Shown here: piece after piece, positions 8,478-18,750 of the stretch
Numbering within the stretch: position 1 is the stretch's first letter
Layout: each line of letters opens with the position of its first letter
Source: Nitrospirota bacterium
Lineage (GTDB): Bacteria; Nitrospirota; JACRHJ01
Length of the DNA: 64,000 nucleotides
NCBI GenBank assembly: GCA_049801375.1
Contig: JBARKJ010000042.1
Location: 28,703 to 92,702, forward strand
Reading direction: 5' to 3'
Notes under the pieces: generated by a model
The model's database searches: none
What the model was told of the DNA's origin: nothing
Seen by the model: the letters and a program-made list of their open reading frames with translations, nothing else
Program-made: the position numbers and the translations under genes

Positions 8478-10741
8478 ATCAGCCTCTTAATCACTTCCAG
8501 AAGGTTAGACTGGTCGAAGCTGCTCTTCACTACATAGGCATTCGCCCCAACGTCGATTCCTCTTTCCCTGTCCTCACGCGATTCGAGGGCTGTCACCAGC
8601 ACTACAGGAATATCTGAAAGCATTTTGTCGGCCCGTATATTCGACGTAAGGTCCAGTCCATTCATTCTCGGCATGTCTATATCCGAGACCACAATCTCGA
8701 ATCGGCCCGTCTTCAAAAAGGTTAATGCGTCTATTCCGTCCACCGCCGTCTGAACATCGTATCCCGCGGCTTCAAGAATATTTTTCAACAGCGTCCGCGC
8801 GGTTATCGAATCCTCAACGACAAGTACGGGCTTTCTCTCTGCCGGCGTTTCCTCCGGAACCGAAGGAGCCTCAATGCCGGGCGATATCCTGACTGCGGAT
8901 TTCAGCAGATCGGATATATTAAGCACGGGCACGACCTCTCCCGTTCCGAGCACTGTTGCACCTGCAATATTACGCACCCTGGCAAGCTGCCTGCCGAGAT
9001 CTTTCACGAGCACTTCCTGCTCATGAAGGATATTGTCGACGCCAAAGGCTATGCGGTTATTAGCCGAGCCAAGCACCGCCGCCTGCATAAATTCCGAACC
9101 GGTCCCGCCTTTTTCCTTGCGCGGCAGTTCCAGTACCAAGCGGAGGGGAATAAGAGGAATTGTCCGGCCTTCAACGGTAATCGTCTCCCTGCTTTCCACG
9201 GTCCTTATTTCATCCCTGCCGACCCTTACCGTGCGGTCAAAGCCTTTAATCGGGATAATAAAACGGCGGTCGTCTATCTGCACGAGGACTCCTCGGAAAG
9301 TTGCAAGGGTCAGAGGCAGAAGGATGCGAAATGTAGTTCCTTTCCCTTCTGTGCTATCGCAGGATATCGAACCGCCCAGCTTTTCCACCTTGTCCTGCAC
9401 AATGGCAAGCCCGAGGCCACGTCCCGAAATATCGGTAATCATCGGGCTTGTCGTCACGCCCGAGTGGAATATGAGGGAAAGCAGCTTTGCCTTGTCCACC
9501 TCGCCCGCTTCCTCCTGCGAAAGAATGCCGAGCCGAACCGCGGAGTTTTTGATTTTTGAGGCGTCCAAGCCTGCTCCGTCGTCCGATACAACGATCTCAA
9601 CCGATTTACCCTCCTTATGAGCGACATCGATTGAGACGGTGCCTGCGGGAGGCTTGTTTATGGCGGTTCGTTCTTGCGGCTTTTCTATTCCGTGGTCGAT
9701 GCAGTTTCGGACAAGATGGATGAGAGGGTCCCGCATTTCATCGAGAATGCGCCGGTCGATCTCGATATCGCCTCCGCGCATTGCGAGCGACGCCTCCTTG
9801 CCCCGGTCATGCGAAAGATCTCGGACGACCTTCGGCATAATTTCAAGAAGCGATGAAAACGGGAGCATCGAGACGGACTTCAAGTCTTCGAGAAGGCTGT
9901 TGGCCATTGTGGCCACAGATCGATTGTCATGCTCCGAAGCCTCGCCGATTGAGACGAGAGTGGCGTGAAGTTTCGCAACGCGTTCACCCTTAGCATCCAA
10001 AAAATCCAGCATCTTCTCCACTTGCGTTCTTTTGCCGCTTAATTCCCCCCAATCTACAATTTTTCGCATTTCGGGCCGGATTTTTTCCCACTCTTTTTTC
10101 AGAGTTGCTGCCTCCGCGATTATTTCATGCAGTTCCGAGATGCGCTGGGCCATCAGCTGCTTTACGGAAAGAAACCCTTCGGCCTGAAGCAGTATGGAAT
10201 CGAGCCTCTGCTTGGATATTCTCATCGTCTCTGATGCTGCCCTCTGGACCGGAGACGCCGCTTCCTCGGAAGAACGATTAGAAAGCTCCGCATGCGTTTC
10301 ATCATCTGCCCGGCTTAGCTTTGGGGGATGCGTTCCTTTTGCCGCTCTGTCAAGCTCATGGATTATGTCTTTAATCCTAGCCTTGCCGGGAGGATGGCCC
10401 TCTTCTCCGATAGAGGATAAAAGGCCTTCAAGTAAATTGACGGAGCTGTGAAGTAGATCCAGCAGTTCCCTGTCGGGCAAAATCTCTTTACGCTTTAGGG
10501 CGGAAAGGGTGCTTTCAAAGGACTGACAAAGGCTTTCAAAAACCGGGAGGTTTACCGCCCGCGCAGCTCCTTTCATGCTGTGGGATTCGCGGAAGACAGC
10601 CTCTATAATCTCCGCTTGCCTCTCAAGGGAAGGCGACTTCTCGATTTCGATTAATCCCGACGAGATCGCGGCGATATGCTCCGCCGCCTCGACCTTGAAT
10701 GTCGCCAGAAGTCTTTTTAAAAATTCGTCGTTTTTATCCAT
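8474..10741 (-). CDS. cheA: Chemotaxis histidine kinase CheA fused to a C-terminal receiver (CheA-CheY hybrid, WspE/FrzE-like)
   Basis: 755 aa. The Hpt domain has the HSMKG phospho-His box. The HATPase_c motifs are DDGAGLD and GRGLGLAIV. A CheW-like domain is followed by a C-terminal REC (VLVVEDS...DIDMPRMNG). Confidence 0.85.
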   Translation of the reverse strand: MDKNDEFLKRLLATFKVEAAEHIAAISSGLIEIEKSPSLERQAEIIEAVFRESHSMKGAARAVNLPVFESLCQSFESTLSALKRKEILPDRELLDLLHSSVNLLEGLLSSIGEEGHPPGKARIKDIIHELDRAAKGTHPPKLSRADDETHAELSNRSSEEAASPVQRAASETMRISKQRLDSILLQAEGFLSVKQLMAQRISELHEIIAEAATLKKEWEKIRPEMRKIVDWGELSGKRTQVEKMLDFLDAKGERVAKLHATLVSIGEASEHDNRSVATMANSLLEDLKSVSMLPFSSLLEIMPKVVRDLSHDRGKEASLAMRGGDIEIDRRILDEMRDPLIHLVRNCIDHGIEKPQERTAINKPPAGTVSIDVAHKEGKSVEIVVSDDGAGLDASKIKNSAVRLGILSQEEAGEVDKAKLLSLIFHSGVTTSPMITDISGRGLGLAIVQDKVEKLGGSISCDSTEGKGTTFRILLPLTLATFRGVLVQIDDRRFIIPIKGFDRTVRVGRDEIRTVESRETITVEGRTIPLIPLRLVLELPRKEKGGTGSEFMQAAVLGSANNRIAFGVDNILHEQEVLVKDLGRQLARVRNIAGATVLGTGEVVPVLNISDLLKSAVRISPGIEAPSVPEETPAERKPVLVVEDSITARTLLKNILEAAGYDVQTAVDGIDALTFLKTGRFEIVVSDIDMPRMNGLDLTSNIRADKMLSDIPVVLVTALESREDRERGIDVGANAYVVKSSFDQSNLLEVIKRLI

Positions 10742-10763
10742 CGGACTTTTTAGATTAAGTTCT

Positions 10764-12398
10764 TTATACCTTAAATTGGTCCACCAGTTGCTTGAGCTTC
10801 TGTCCGAGCTCGTGCAGGCCCCGGGCCGCGGTCTCGGTCTGTCTCGTGCCGGCGACGTTCTGCTCGCTGGCCAGCTTTATATTGTTCATCGCGGTGATGA
10901 CCTGTTCCATGCCCACGAGCTGCTGCTGGCTCGATGCGGCAATCTGCATCCCGGCCTGGGCGGCCTCCGCGATACTTGACTCCAGCGCCTTTATTGATTC
11001 GCCCGCCTGCGCCGATTGCCTAACGCCCTCGTCGACTGTCTTGCTCCCTTGTTCGGTCGCGAGCACGGCTGCGCCCGTCGCCTTTTGTATATCGTTCAGT
11101 ATGGTCCGCACCTGCGTGGTTGCCTGCTTCGACTGCTCGGCCAGGCTCCGCACTTCCTGCGCCACAACTGCGAAACCTTTGCCATGCTCGCCTGCCTTTG
11201 CGGCCTCGATAGAGGCGTTTACCGCAAGGAGGTTTGATTGCTCGGCCAGGTCGTTCACCGTGGAAATGATCTCACCTATCGCCTGGCTCTGCTCGCTCAG
11301 CCTCACGATGCTTTCCGCTATGGATTCCATCTGCTGCCGTATGCGGTTCATTTTCCCCACTGTTTCTTCCATCGCCTTCCCGCCGGTCTGGGAAACCTGC
11401 ACCGCCTTTTTGGCGGCTTCGGAGACATATTCCGCCTTCTGGTTCGAGACCTGAGCGGTCTGTTTGACTTCTTCCACGGTTGTCGTCGTCTCGTTCACCG
11501 CCGTCGCCGTCTCAGTCACGCTGGAGGCGACCTCGGTTGTGGAGGAGAGGATCTCACTGGCCGATGCCGCGAGGACGCTCACAGACTCCTGTATCCCGCG
11601 ATTCACCTCCCGCATGTTCCCGATCATCTTCCTGAATGTCCGCGCGAGATCGCCCACTTCGTCCTTACGGTCAGCGGTAGATACGACGACTGTCAGGTCG
11701 CCGGAAGCTATCTTTTCGGCGGTTTCTGATATCCCCTGCAACGGACCGGCAATAATCCGGCTCAAATAGATTGCAATCGCTGTGCCTATTATAACCACTG
11801 CGATACAGAGTACTGTAAGGATATTTAAATATAGACTCACATTCCGGCTGGATTCGGCTACGGCTGCCTTGGCGTCGCCTTCCGCTCCTACCACAAGCTC
11901 GTCGATAATGGACCCGATCTTTTCATTTCTGTCGGCCTGAATACCGGTCACCACGCCTTTTGCCTCATCGAACTTTCCCGCGAAAACCAATGGCATGACC
12001 TGGTTCTCTCTTGTATCGTTGAACGCCCTCCGTATCTCGTCGAACTCTTTAAGGCGGGCAATATGATTCGGCTCTGTTTCACGTTCGAGGACCTTTTGAA
12101 TCAATTCGTCATTATTCTTCACAAGCTCATCAGCCTTATTGCGTAAGGATGCGAGTTTCTGGGGGTCTTTAAGTACTAACATCGACAGAGTGGTTGACCT
12201 GATACTGTCCTGATTAAACCTGATATCCTGAAGGTCGACCACATTTGCAAATTCCACCTCGGATATTTTTCTTTGCAGGCTCTGCATCTGTTCGAGGTCC
12301 CTGTAAGCCAATACAAAAATAATTAAAAACAGGCCGATCTTGAACCCAAAGCTAAGAAAGAGTTTGGACCGGGTTTTAAGATTGACAAACCAGTTCAT
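10764..12398 (-). CDS. Methyl-accepting chemotaxis protein (two TM segments, periplasmic ligand-binding domain, HAMP, MA domain)
   Basis: 544 aa. TM1 is [10 protein letters not shown] periplasmic region of about 170 aa is followed by TM2 and HAMP. The signalling domain has the conserved tip [40 protein letters not shown]. Confidence 0.8.
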   Translation of the reverse strand: MNWFVNLKTRSKLFLSFGFKIGLFLIIFVLAYRDLEQMQSLQRKISEVEFANVVDLQDIRFNQDSIRSTTLSMLVLKDPQKLASLRNKADELVKNNDELIQKVLERETEPNHIARLKEFDEIRRAFNDTRENQVMPLVFAGKFDEAKGVVTGIQADRNEKIGSIIDELVVGAEGDAKAAVAESSRNVSLYLNILTVLCIAVVIIGTAIAIYLSRIIAGPLQGISETAEKIASGDLTVVVSTADRKDEVGDLARTFRKMIGNMREVNRGIQESVSVLAASASEILSSTTEVASSVTETATAVNETTTTVEEVKQTAQVSNQKAEYVSEAAKKAVQVSQTGGKAMEETVGKMNRIRQQMESIAESIVRLSEQSQAIGEIISTVNDLAEQSNLLAVNASIEAAKAGEHGKGFAVVAQEVRSLAEQSKQATTQVRTILNDIQKATGAAVLATEQGSKTVDEGVRQSAQAGESIKALESSIAEAAQAGMQIAASSQQQLVGMEQVITAMNNIKLASEQNVAGTRQTETAARGLHELGQKLKQLVDQFKV

Positions 12399-12412
12399 TT
12401 TTCCTCCTTGAA

Positions 12413-13042
12413 TTATATTTCTGACGGCTCTCCGTTTATCACGATCTTTTCGTCCGACAGAATTTTTTCGGCATCCAGCACAATCAGGCGGTCCTCCGTG
12501 ACACCCAAAAGATACTCCTCGCGCACGCCCGTAAGCGTGGGAATAACCTGCTGCAGTCCGGCAAGCCGCAGGAGCCGAAAGCCGACGATCACGTCCGCAA
12601 GAACGCCGAATTCCATGGCGTCCGACTTGAGGATGATTACTTTGTTAAAATCGCCTAAGCCTTTCTCGGGGAGTCCGAATAATTTCTTAAGGTCTATTAC
12701 CGAAATGATCTGTCCGCGCACATTGATGATACCAAGGACGAATGGCGGGGTGCACGGAACCGGCGTCAAATCGTTCAGAGGGTACACCTCGCGCACGTGC
12801 GAAGCATCTATGGCGTATCTTTCCTGGGCGAGGAGGAATTCAATGATCTCTATCTCTTCTCCGGCGCCTTTTTTTTCTGGTTCCTTCGCAAGCGCCCGGG
12901 CCCTCTGCCGGAGGATATTCTTCTTTTCTTCAGGACCGGGCACCCATCCCTGTTCGATCACAGACTTGACCCTTTCCAAGCGTTCATGGATTTCATTCCA
13001 GTCGGTGGCCGAGTTAGTGTCGTGTGCCTTTGTGTCATTCAT
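12413..13042 (-). CDS. cheW: CheW-like coupling protein with an N-terminal extension of about 55 aa
   Basis: 209 aa. The CheW core reads [13 protein letters not shown]...[15 protein letters not shown]. It overlaps the cheR stop, so the two are translationally coupled. Confidence 0.75.
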   Translation of the reverse strand: MNDTKAHDTNSATDWNEIHERLERVKSVIEQGWVPGPEEKKNILRQRARALAKEPEKKGAGEEIEIIEFLLAQERYAIDASHVREVYPLNDLTPVPCTPPFVLGIINVRGQIISVIDLKKLFGLPEKGLGDFNKVIILKSDAMEFGVLADVIVGFRLLRLAGLQQVIPTLTGVREEYLLGVTEDRLIVLDAEKILSDEKIVINGEPSEI

Positions 13043-14583
13043 GCTATAGATCCCTCAGTCATTGACCTGCTGATAATCTCTACCATCCTCCGCGCTGTAA
13101 TGCCCTCGGACTCCGGAAGGATATTGTCAGGCGGGTATTTTCGCAGGATCGACAGGGCGTTTTCGAAATGCCGCTCGGACTCCCTCTTCATTCCCTTCCG
13201 CCTGGCGAGATTGCCAAGGGCAAAGTGGGCGAGGACAAAGTCCTGATCAAGGTAAAGGGCGCGGTTGAGGCCAATTTTCGATTCGTCTTCCAGCCCCATC
13301 TCAAGCAGAACGGCAGCCAGCAAATATTGATAAGCGGGGTTAAGTTTGCCTGCAGCTATCGCCCTTTCACAAAGTTCGCGAGCCTCTGCGAGCCGTCCCT
13401 GGTTTGCATATATACGTGAAAGAAGCGCCAGCGCGGGAGCGTTTTTGTCAGCGCCGGCTAATAAAGCTGATATTTTCTGCTCTGCTTCCGCATAGCAGCC
13501 CTTTTCAAATAATTTAAGCGCCTCGGCATAAGGGTCTGCATTTTCCCTTGAAAAAGGAGGGACAACGGACGGAGCAGCGTTCAACGTGACTTCTCCTTCA
13601 TCCATTACATCCAAAGGAGGAGTAAAGATATACTCCTCTCCTCCGGCGGGAGCGGACGGCGGCAAGGGGATTTCGCTTATCGTTCTCTCAGTAACAGGAC
13701 AGATTGTGCCCTCGTATTTGAATGCACCTTCCCTTGCAACTTCGTTTTTCCAAAGAGTCGATACTGAAAATTGCGCATGTGATAACGGCAAAGACTGAAG
13801 CGAGGATATTTCTGCCGGACTCACCATTAGCCAGCCGCCTTTTACAAGACAGCGATAAAGTTTTCCGACAACCTTCCTTTGGCTTTTCTCGGTGAAGTAC
13901 ATAAGCACATTTCGGCAAAGTATGACATCCATTCCGTTAGTATTGTTCGTGAGGGACGGATAGGCGTCCTCCGAGAGGTTGAGATAAGAGAAGGTCACCG
14001 CCTTCCGCACCTCGGGGAGCAGCTCAAAAATATCTTTGCCGGACTTTCTGAAAAACTCCTCCTTTACTCCCGAGGGAACATCTCGGAAAGACCATTCACC
14101 GTAAATTCCACTCGCCGCCTTCTGGAGAAAAGAGGCGTTTATGTCGGTCCCGAGGACTGTAATGTTCCAGTCTTTGATATCCGGAATCAGCCTGCGAAGG
14201 AGCATGGCGATTGAATACGGTTCCTCCCCCGTGGCGCAGCCGGCCGACCATATCCGAAGAAACCTTCCAGCCTCGCGTCTCTTCCGGATTATTTCGGGCA
14301 GGATCTCCTCTTCAAGGAGCTTGAAACTTTTTTTGTCGCGGAAAAAATACGTTTCGCCCACAGTGAGCTGGCGCGCCAGAGTCTCGATCTGCTGCTTCGT
14401 CAAAGGAGACAGCAGTAGCCATCTGGCGCATGCCTCCGCGTCCTCGAACCCGAAATCGAGGGCCGCACTCTTTAGGCCCCGCTCCAGGTCGCTCCACCGT
14501 TCCTCCGGAAAATGAAGACCTATCCGTTCAGCTATATAATCGCTAAGCCGGCCAAGAAGCTCTTTGGAGGTTTTTCCGGTCAT
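13039..14583 (-). CDS. cheR: Chemotaxis protein methyltransferase CheR fused to C-terminal TPR repeats (FrzF-like)
   Basis: 514 aa. The N-terminal CheR domain reads YFFRDKKSF...RIWSAGCATGEEPYSIAML...VLCRNVLMYF. The C-terminal 200 aa or so are TPR-like helices (YAEALKLFEKGCYAEAEQ..., LLSRIYANQGRLAEAREL...). Confidence 0.8.
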   Translation of the reverse strand: MTGKTSKELLGRLSDYIAERIGLHFPEERWSDLERGLKSAALDFGFEDAEACARWLLLSPLTKQQIETLARQLTVGETYFFRDKKSFKLLEEEILPEIIRKRREAGRFLRIWSAGCATGEEPYSIAMLLRRLIPDIKDWNITVLGTDINASFLQKAASGIYGEWSFRDVPSGVKEEFFRKSGKDIFELLPEVRKAVTFSYLNLSEDAYPSLTNNTNGMDVILCRNVLMYFTEKSQRKVVGKLYRCLVKGGWLMVSPAEISSLQSLPLSHAQFSVSTLWKNEVAREGAFKYEGTICPVTERTISEIPLPPSAPAGGEEYIFTPPLDVMDEGEVTLNAAPSVVPPFSRENADPYAEALKLFEKGCYAEAEQKISALLAGADKNAPALALLSRIYANQGRLAEARELCERAIAAGKLNPAYQYLLAAVLLEMGLEDESKIGLNRALYLDQDFVLAHFALGNLARRKGMKRESERHFENALSILRKYPPDNILPESEGITARRMVEIISRSMTEGSIA

Positions 14584-15083
14584 TTACCTTGTTCCTTTAA
14601 GGCATCGTTCAGGGCTTTTTCCTCATCGAGAGAAAGGAACCGGTCGAGATCGTGGATAAGGACCATGCCGTCTGCAAGCTTCGCCACGCCTTCAATGTAT
14701 TCCATTTGGGGCATTATGGTCTCAGGGGCTGTAATCCATTCGTCCGGATGTTCAATGACTCCCTCCACATTGTCTGCAATAAGAGCAACCGCCCTCCTCG
14801 CCGTCTGCGCGACGATCAAATGATCGCTCAGGCCAATGTCCCGCTCGGGCAGCCTAAAACGTTTGCGGACATTCACCAGCGGGATAACATTTCCATGCAT
14901 GTTGACTATGCCTGTTACAATATCGGGGGCCTTGGGCAGAGGCGTTGATTCGACTGCGCGGACAACCGTCTGCACGGTGGTAAGGTGAAGCGCATAACGT
15001 TTGTCATCGAGACTAAAGACCAGTAGCAGCACGGATCTTCCCTTGTCAGATTTTTCGTTCTTTGGGTCCTTAAAAAATATCAC
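14580..15083 (-). CDS. cheW: CheW coupling protein
   Basis: 167 aa. The core reads LLLVFSLDDKRYALHLTTVQTVV...GIVNMHGNVIPLVNV. It is the first gene of the che operon. Confidence 0.8.
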   Translation of the reverse strand: MIFFKDPKNEKSDKGRSVLLLVFSLDDKRYALHLTTVQTVVRAVESTPLPKAPDIVTGIVNMHGNVIPLVNVRKRFRLPERDIGLSDHLIVAQTARRAVALIADNVEGVIEHPDEWITAPETIMPQMEYIEGVAKLADGMVLIHDLDRFLSLDEEKALNDALKEQGK

Positions 15084-15366
15084 ATAGATGCTTGAATTTC
15101 AAGGTAAATTACGGGAACTGAATTCTAAACCGTTGTGAACTACTGGCAGTCATAGTTTACTGCGATACTTCCAGAAAGGGTAGCCAGCCCCCGTGCAATT
15201 ATCCCAATACCCGTTACGATTGAAGTCGAGGGGGTCTTCACGCTTTGAAGACTGCGATACGCCGGACGCTTTCCGGCGGAGCAAGTACCAGAGGTGCGAG
15301 ATGGAGGAGCTATACGACCGCGCTGCCGGCGTTGCCTACGTCCACCGCAATGTAGGTGTAAGCCTT

Positions 15367-16059
15367 TTAGAAATTGGATTTAAAACGATAACCGACTCCG
15401 GGCTCGGTAAGGATATAACAAGGGCGGTCCAGATCCGGTTCGAGCTTGTGCCTGAGCTTGCTGATAGTTACGCGCAGGATATGCGGCTGCTCAAGGTATG
15501 TTTCACCCCATATCTGGCTGAGTATTTGGCGGTGCGTGAGCACCTTACCGGCATGAGTGACCAATACCTTCAGCACGTCGTATTCCGTCGGCGTAAGCTG
15601 TAACTCCTTCCCTTTCACGAGAACCCTGCGCTTGGGCAGGTCCACTTCAAGCTCATCAATTTTATATACGGGCGCCGGGGCCTCCTGCACCGAATGCCTC
15701 AAGGCCACGCGCATCCTCGCCAACAGCTCCCCTATGCCAAAAGGTTTCGTAACGTAATCATCTGCCCCGGCGTCGAGGGCGGAAATCTTATCGCTTTCGC
15801 GTTCCCGTACCGTTAGTACGATTACGGGTGTCTTGGCCCACTCACGAAGACGATGTATGACCTCCAAACCGTCCATGTCCGGGAGCCCCAGGTCGAGGAT
15901 GATGAGGTCCGGCCGGAGTTGGGCTGCCGCCGCGAGCGCCTCCTGGCCAGTGCCCGCCTCATGGAGCGAGAACTCCCCCCCGCTAAGCGCGTTCCTCAGA
16001 AAGCGTTGGATGGCCTTCTCGTCGTCTACTATAAGGACTTTCGGCAGGTTCTCGCTCAC
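15367..16059 (-). CDS. kdpE: KDP operon response regulator KdpE (OmpR family)
   Basis: The REC reads VLIVDDEKAI...ILDLGLPDMDG and the winged-helix C-terminus reads LTPTEYDVLKVL...VGYRF. A GTG start at 16059, 10 nt after the kdpD stop, is preferred. The ATG at 16125 would overlap kdpD by 56 nt. Confidence 0.8.
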   Translation of the reverse strand: MSENLPKVLIVDDEKAIQRFLRNALSGGEFSLHEAGTGQEALAAAAQLRPDLIILDLGLPDMDGLEVIHRLREWAKTPVIVLTVRERESDKISALDAGADDYVTKPFGIGELLARMRVALRHSVQEAPAPVYKIDELEVDLPKRRVLVKGKELQLTPTEYDVLKVLVTHAGKVLTHRQILSQIWGETYLEQPHILRVTISKLRHKLEPDLDRPCYILTEPGVGYRFKSNF

Positions 16060-16069
16060 TCGCCTTGCC

Positions 16070-18733
16070 TCACTTTTCCTTCTCAGGTGCCAGAGGAAGC
16101 GCGACTGTAAACTTCGCCCCGCCATCTTTCCTGTTCTCCGCGCGTATCAGCCCGCCATGCGCCTCAACGATGCCCTTGCAGATGGCAAGCCCAAGCCCGG
16201 TGCCGCTGACGCCTTCAGGGCGATGGACGCGGTAGAACTTATCAAAGACACTCTGCAAGTCTTCTTCGGGTATCCCAAGCCCATGGTCGGCCACGGCAAC
16301 CTCCAACATATCCCCTTTTATTCTCGCAGTCAATTCTATATCGGAGTCTACCGGAGAGTATTTGAGGGCGTTGTCCAGGAGGTTGACGAGCACCTGCGTC
16401 ATTAGCACGAAGTCCATCGGCACGAATGGCAGATTTCCAGGGACATTGACGTTAACTTTGGCGCTTGTCAGAAGCCCAAGGGCGGAAAGAGTCGAGCTGA
16501 CCAGATCCTGAACGTCGTTCAGCTCCTTGTGGACCTTTAGCGCGCCGGATTCGATGCGGGTCATGTCGAGCAGGTTCCTGACAAAACGGTTTAGGCGGCC
16601 CGCTTCTCCAAGAGCGGTGTCTATAAGCTCGACTTTAGCATCAAGGTCCAGGCGGCGCCCTTCCTCCTTCAGGCTGCTCAGGGCTCCTGTAATAGAGGCA
16701 AGAGGCGTACGGAGGTCGTGGGATATGGAATTGAGCAGGGACTTTTCCAACTGCTCCGTAGCTTGCATTACTTGCTCTTTACCGGCTTCCTGGGCCATTT
16801 TTCGGCGCTCTATGGCGACCGCGGCCTGATTGGCGAATGCTTCGAGTAACTGGCGCTTTTCAGGGGACAGACCACCCTCTCCAGGGTCTATCCCTATAAC
16901 TCCGACCACATTGCCTGCCGTCTGTAAGGGCACATAGAGCATATTGGAAGACCGGAGCGTGTCCGTAAACCGGCCCGCGGCTTTTCGATGCTCGAATACC
17001 CAAAGCGCCACGGACTTCTCGTTCTCGTCAAGCACTACTCCAGGGCTTGATGCTTTTACATCCAGCCGCCCTTTTTCGGGAAGCAGGATCGCCGTCATCG
17101 AATTAAGATTGCTGCTCACGTGCTGGATTATTACGGCCAGGATTTTTTCAAGGCCTGTTGCGGCAGCCAAATCGCGGCTCAAGGCATAGATGTTGGCTGT
17201 CTGCGCCTCCCTGATGCGAAGCGCCTCAGCTTGATTTCTTGCCCTCGAAACCAGGGTGCTTATGACGGCGCCAACTATCAAGAGCACTGCGAAGGTAATG
17301 AAATACTCGGTGTCCGTCACTGCAAAGGTGAGGTGCGGAGGCACGAAAAAGAAGTCAAAGGCCAATACGCCGATGAGGGCCGTTGCCAGGGAGGGACCAA
17401 GACCGTAACGCAGTGCCGCGAGTACCACGGCCAACAGGTACAACATCACGAGGTTTGTCGGAGAAAGGAACCGGCTTGTAACCTCTCCTATGAGGGTAGC
17501 GGCCGCTACAAGCGCGAGGCTTTTTAAGTAGTCTGGCCAGGACGCCGTTACCTGCGGCATTTCTCTAACGACTTTTTTGTTTTTTCCAGCGGGGGAAGCG
17601 CTCACCACATACACGTCTATCGGCCCGCTTTGCCGTATGACCTTATCTACTACCGCGCCCTTTAAAAGCTCCTGCCACCTTGGTCGAATGGGCCTGCCCA
17701 TTACTATCTTGGTCACGTTGTGCTTTTTCGCGTAATCAATGACCTCTTCAGCCACCTGCGTACCGGTAAGAGTCGCTGTCTTCCCGCCCATGCTCTCCGC
17801 AAGCCTTAAATAGTGCCATACTTTTTCGCGGTTCTCCTGGACAAACTTGTCGCTTCCGGGTGTCTCCACGTAAACCGCGAACCACTCGGCCTTTAACTCG
17901 TCCGCCAGCCTGCGGGTCCTCCTGATAAGCTTTTCGCTGAACGGACTGCCGCTTAAAAGGACAAGGAGCCTCTCTTTAGCGGGCCAGGGGCCGGGAATTG
18001 AGAGGGTCTCCATGTAGGCCCGCATCTGCTCGTCCACCCTATCGGCCGTCCGCCGAAGCGATATCTCGCGAAGAGCCGTCAGGTTCCCTTTTTTGAAGAA
18101 CTTGTCGATCGCCCTCGCAGCCTGCTCTGGGACATAGACCTTCCCCTCCCTGAGACGCTGAAGGAGGTCTTCGGGCGGGATGTCCACGAGCTCGATCTCG
18201 GAGGCTTCGTCAAGCAGGCGGTCCGGGACAGTCTCCCTGACGACGATCTCGGTTATCTGGGCCACGACATCATTCAGGCTCTCCAGGTGCTGGACGTTCA
18301 ATGTCGTATAAACGTCTATTCCCGCGGAAAGCAATTCTTCTACATCCTGGTAACGTTTAAGGTGGCGGGAGCCGGGGGCGTTGGTATGGGCAAGCTCGTC
18401 AACTAAGGCTATTTTCGGTTTGCGCGCAAGAACGGCATCCGTATCCAGCTCAGGCAGAGTAACGCTTTTGTATTCCATCTGCCTTCTCGGGATTATCTCA
18501 AGGCCCTCAAGCATGGCCTCCGTCTCAGTCCTACCGTGGGTCTCGATATATGCGATGACAACGTCTATACCTTCGGCCTTCCGTCGGCGCGCGGCCTCGA
18601 GCATCGCGTAAGTCTTCCCCACGCCGGCGGCATAGCCGAAAAATATCTTAAGCTTGCCCCTCTCTCTGCCTTGTTCCTCGGCTTCGACCCGTGCTAAGAG
18701 GGCGTCGGGGTCTGGACGCGGTTTTTCAACCAT
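16070..18733 (-). CDS. kdpD: Sensor histidine kinase KdpD (KdpD N-terminal domain + Usp + 4 TM + GAF + HisKA/HATPase)
   Basis: 887 aa. The N-terminal P-loop is GYAAGVGKTYAML, followed by a Usp-like domain and a TM cluster. The H-box is ISHDLRTPL and the C-terminal ATPase has GTGLGLAICKGIVE. Confidence 0.85.
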   Translation of the reverse strand: MVEKPRPDPDALLARVEAEEQGRERGKLKIFFGYAAGVGKTYAMLEAARRRKAEGIDVVIAYIETHGRTETEAMLEGLEIIPRRQMEYKSVTLPELDTDAVLARKPKIALVDELAHTNAPGSRHLKRYQDVEELLSAGIDVYTTLNVQHLESLNDVVAQITEIVVRETVPDRLLDEASEIELVDIPPEDLLQRLREGKVYVPEQAARAIDKFFKKGNLTALREISLRRTADRVDEQMRAYMETLSIPGPWPAKERLLVLLSGSPFSEKLIRRTRRLADELKAEWFAVYVETPGSDKFVQENREKVWHYLRLAESMGGKTATLTGTQVAEEVIDYAKKHNVTKIVMGRPIRPRWQELLKGAVVDKVIRQSGPIDVYVVSASPAGKNKKVVREMPQVTASWPDYLKSLALVAAATLIGEVTSRFLSPTNLVMLYLLAVVLAALRYGLGPSLATALIGVLAFDFFFVPPHLTFAVTDTEYFITFAVLLIVGAVISTLVSRARNQAEALRIREAQTANIYALSRDLAAATGLEKILAVIIQHVSSNLNSMTAILLPEKGRLDVKASSPGVVLDENEKSVALWVFEHRKAAGRFTDTLRSSNMLYVPLQTAGNVVGVIGIDPGEGGLSPEKRQLLEAFANQAAVAIERRKMAQEAGKEQVMQATEQLEKSLLNSISHDLRTPLASITGALSSLKEEGRRLDLDAKVELIDTALGEAGRLNRFVRNLLDMTRIESGALKVHKELNDVQDLVSSTLSALGLLTSAKVNVNVPGNLPFVPMDFVLMTQVLVNLLDNALKYSPVDSDIELTARIKGDMLEVAVADHGLGIPEEDLQSVFDKFYRVHRPEGVSGTGLGLAICKGIVEAHGGLIRAENRKDGGAKFTVALPLAPEKEK

Positions 18734-18750
18734 CCTTGCACCTCATGATC

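Noticed and set aside
9033-9620. Several 100-200-aa + strand ORFs inside cheA (also inside the MCP, the hybrid kinase, the PEP-enzyme and fabF)
   Set aside because: They are antisense to well-supported genes, their composition is low-complexity, and they have no RBS. They are treated as spurious.
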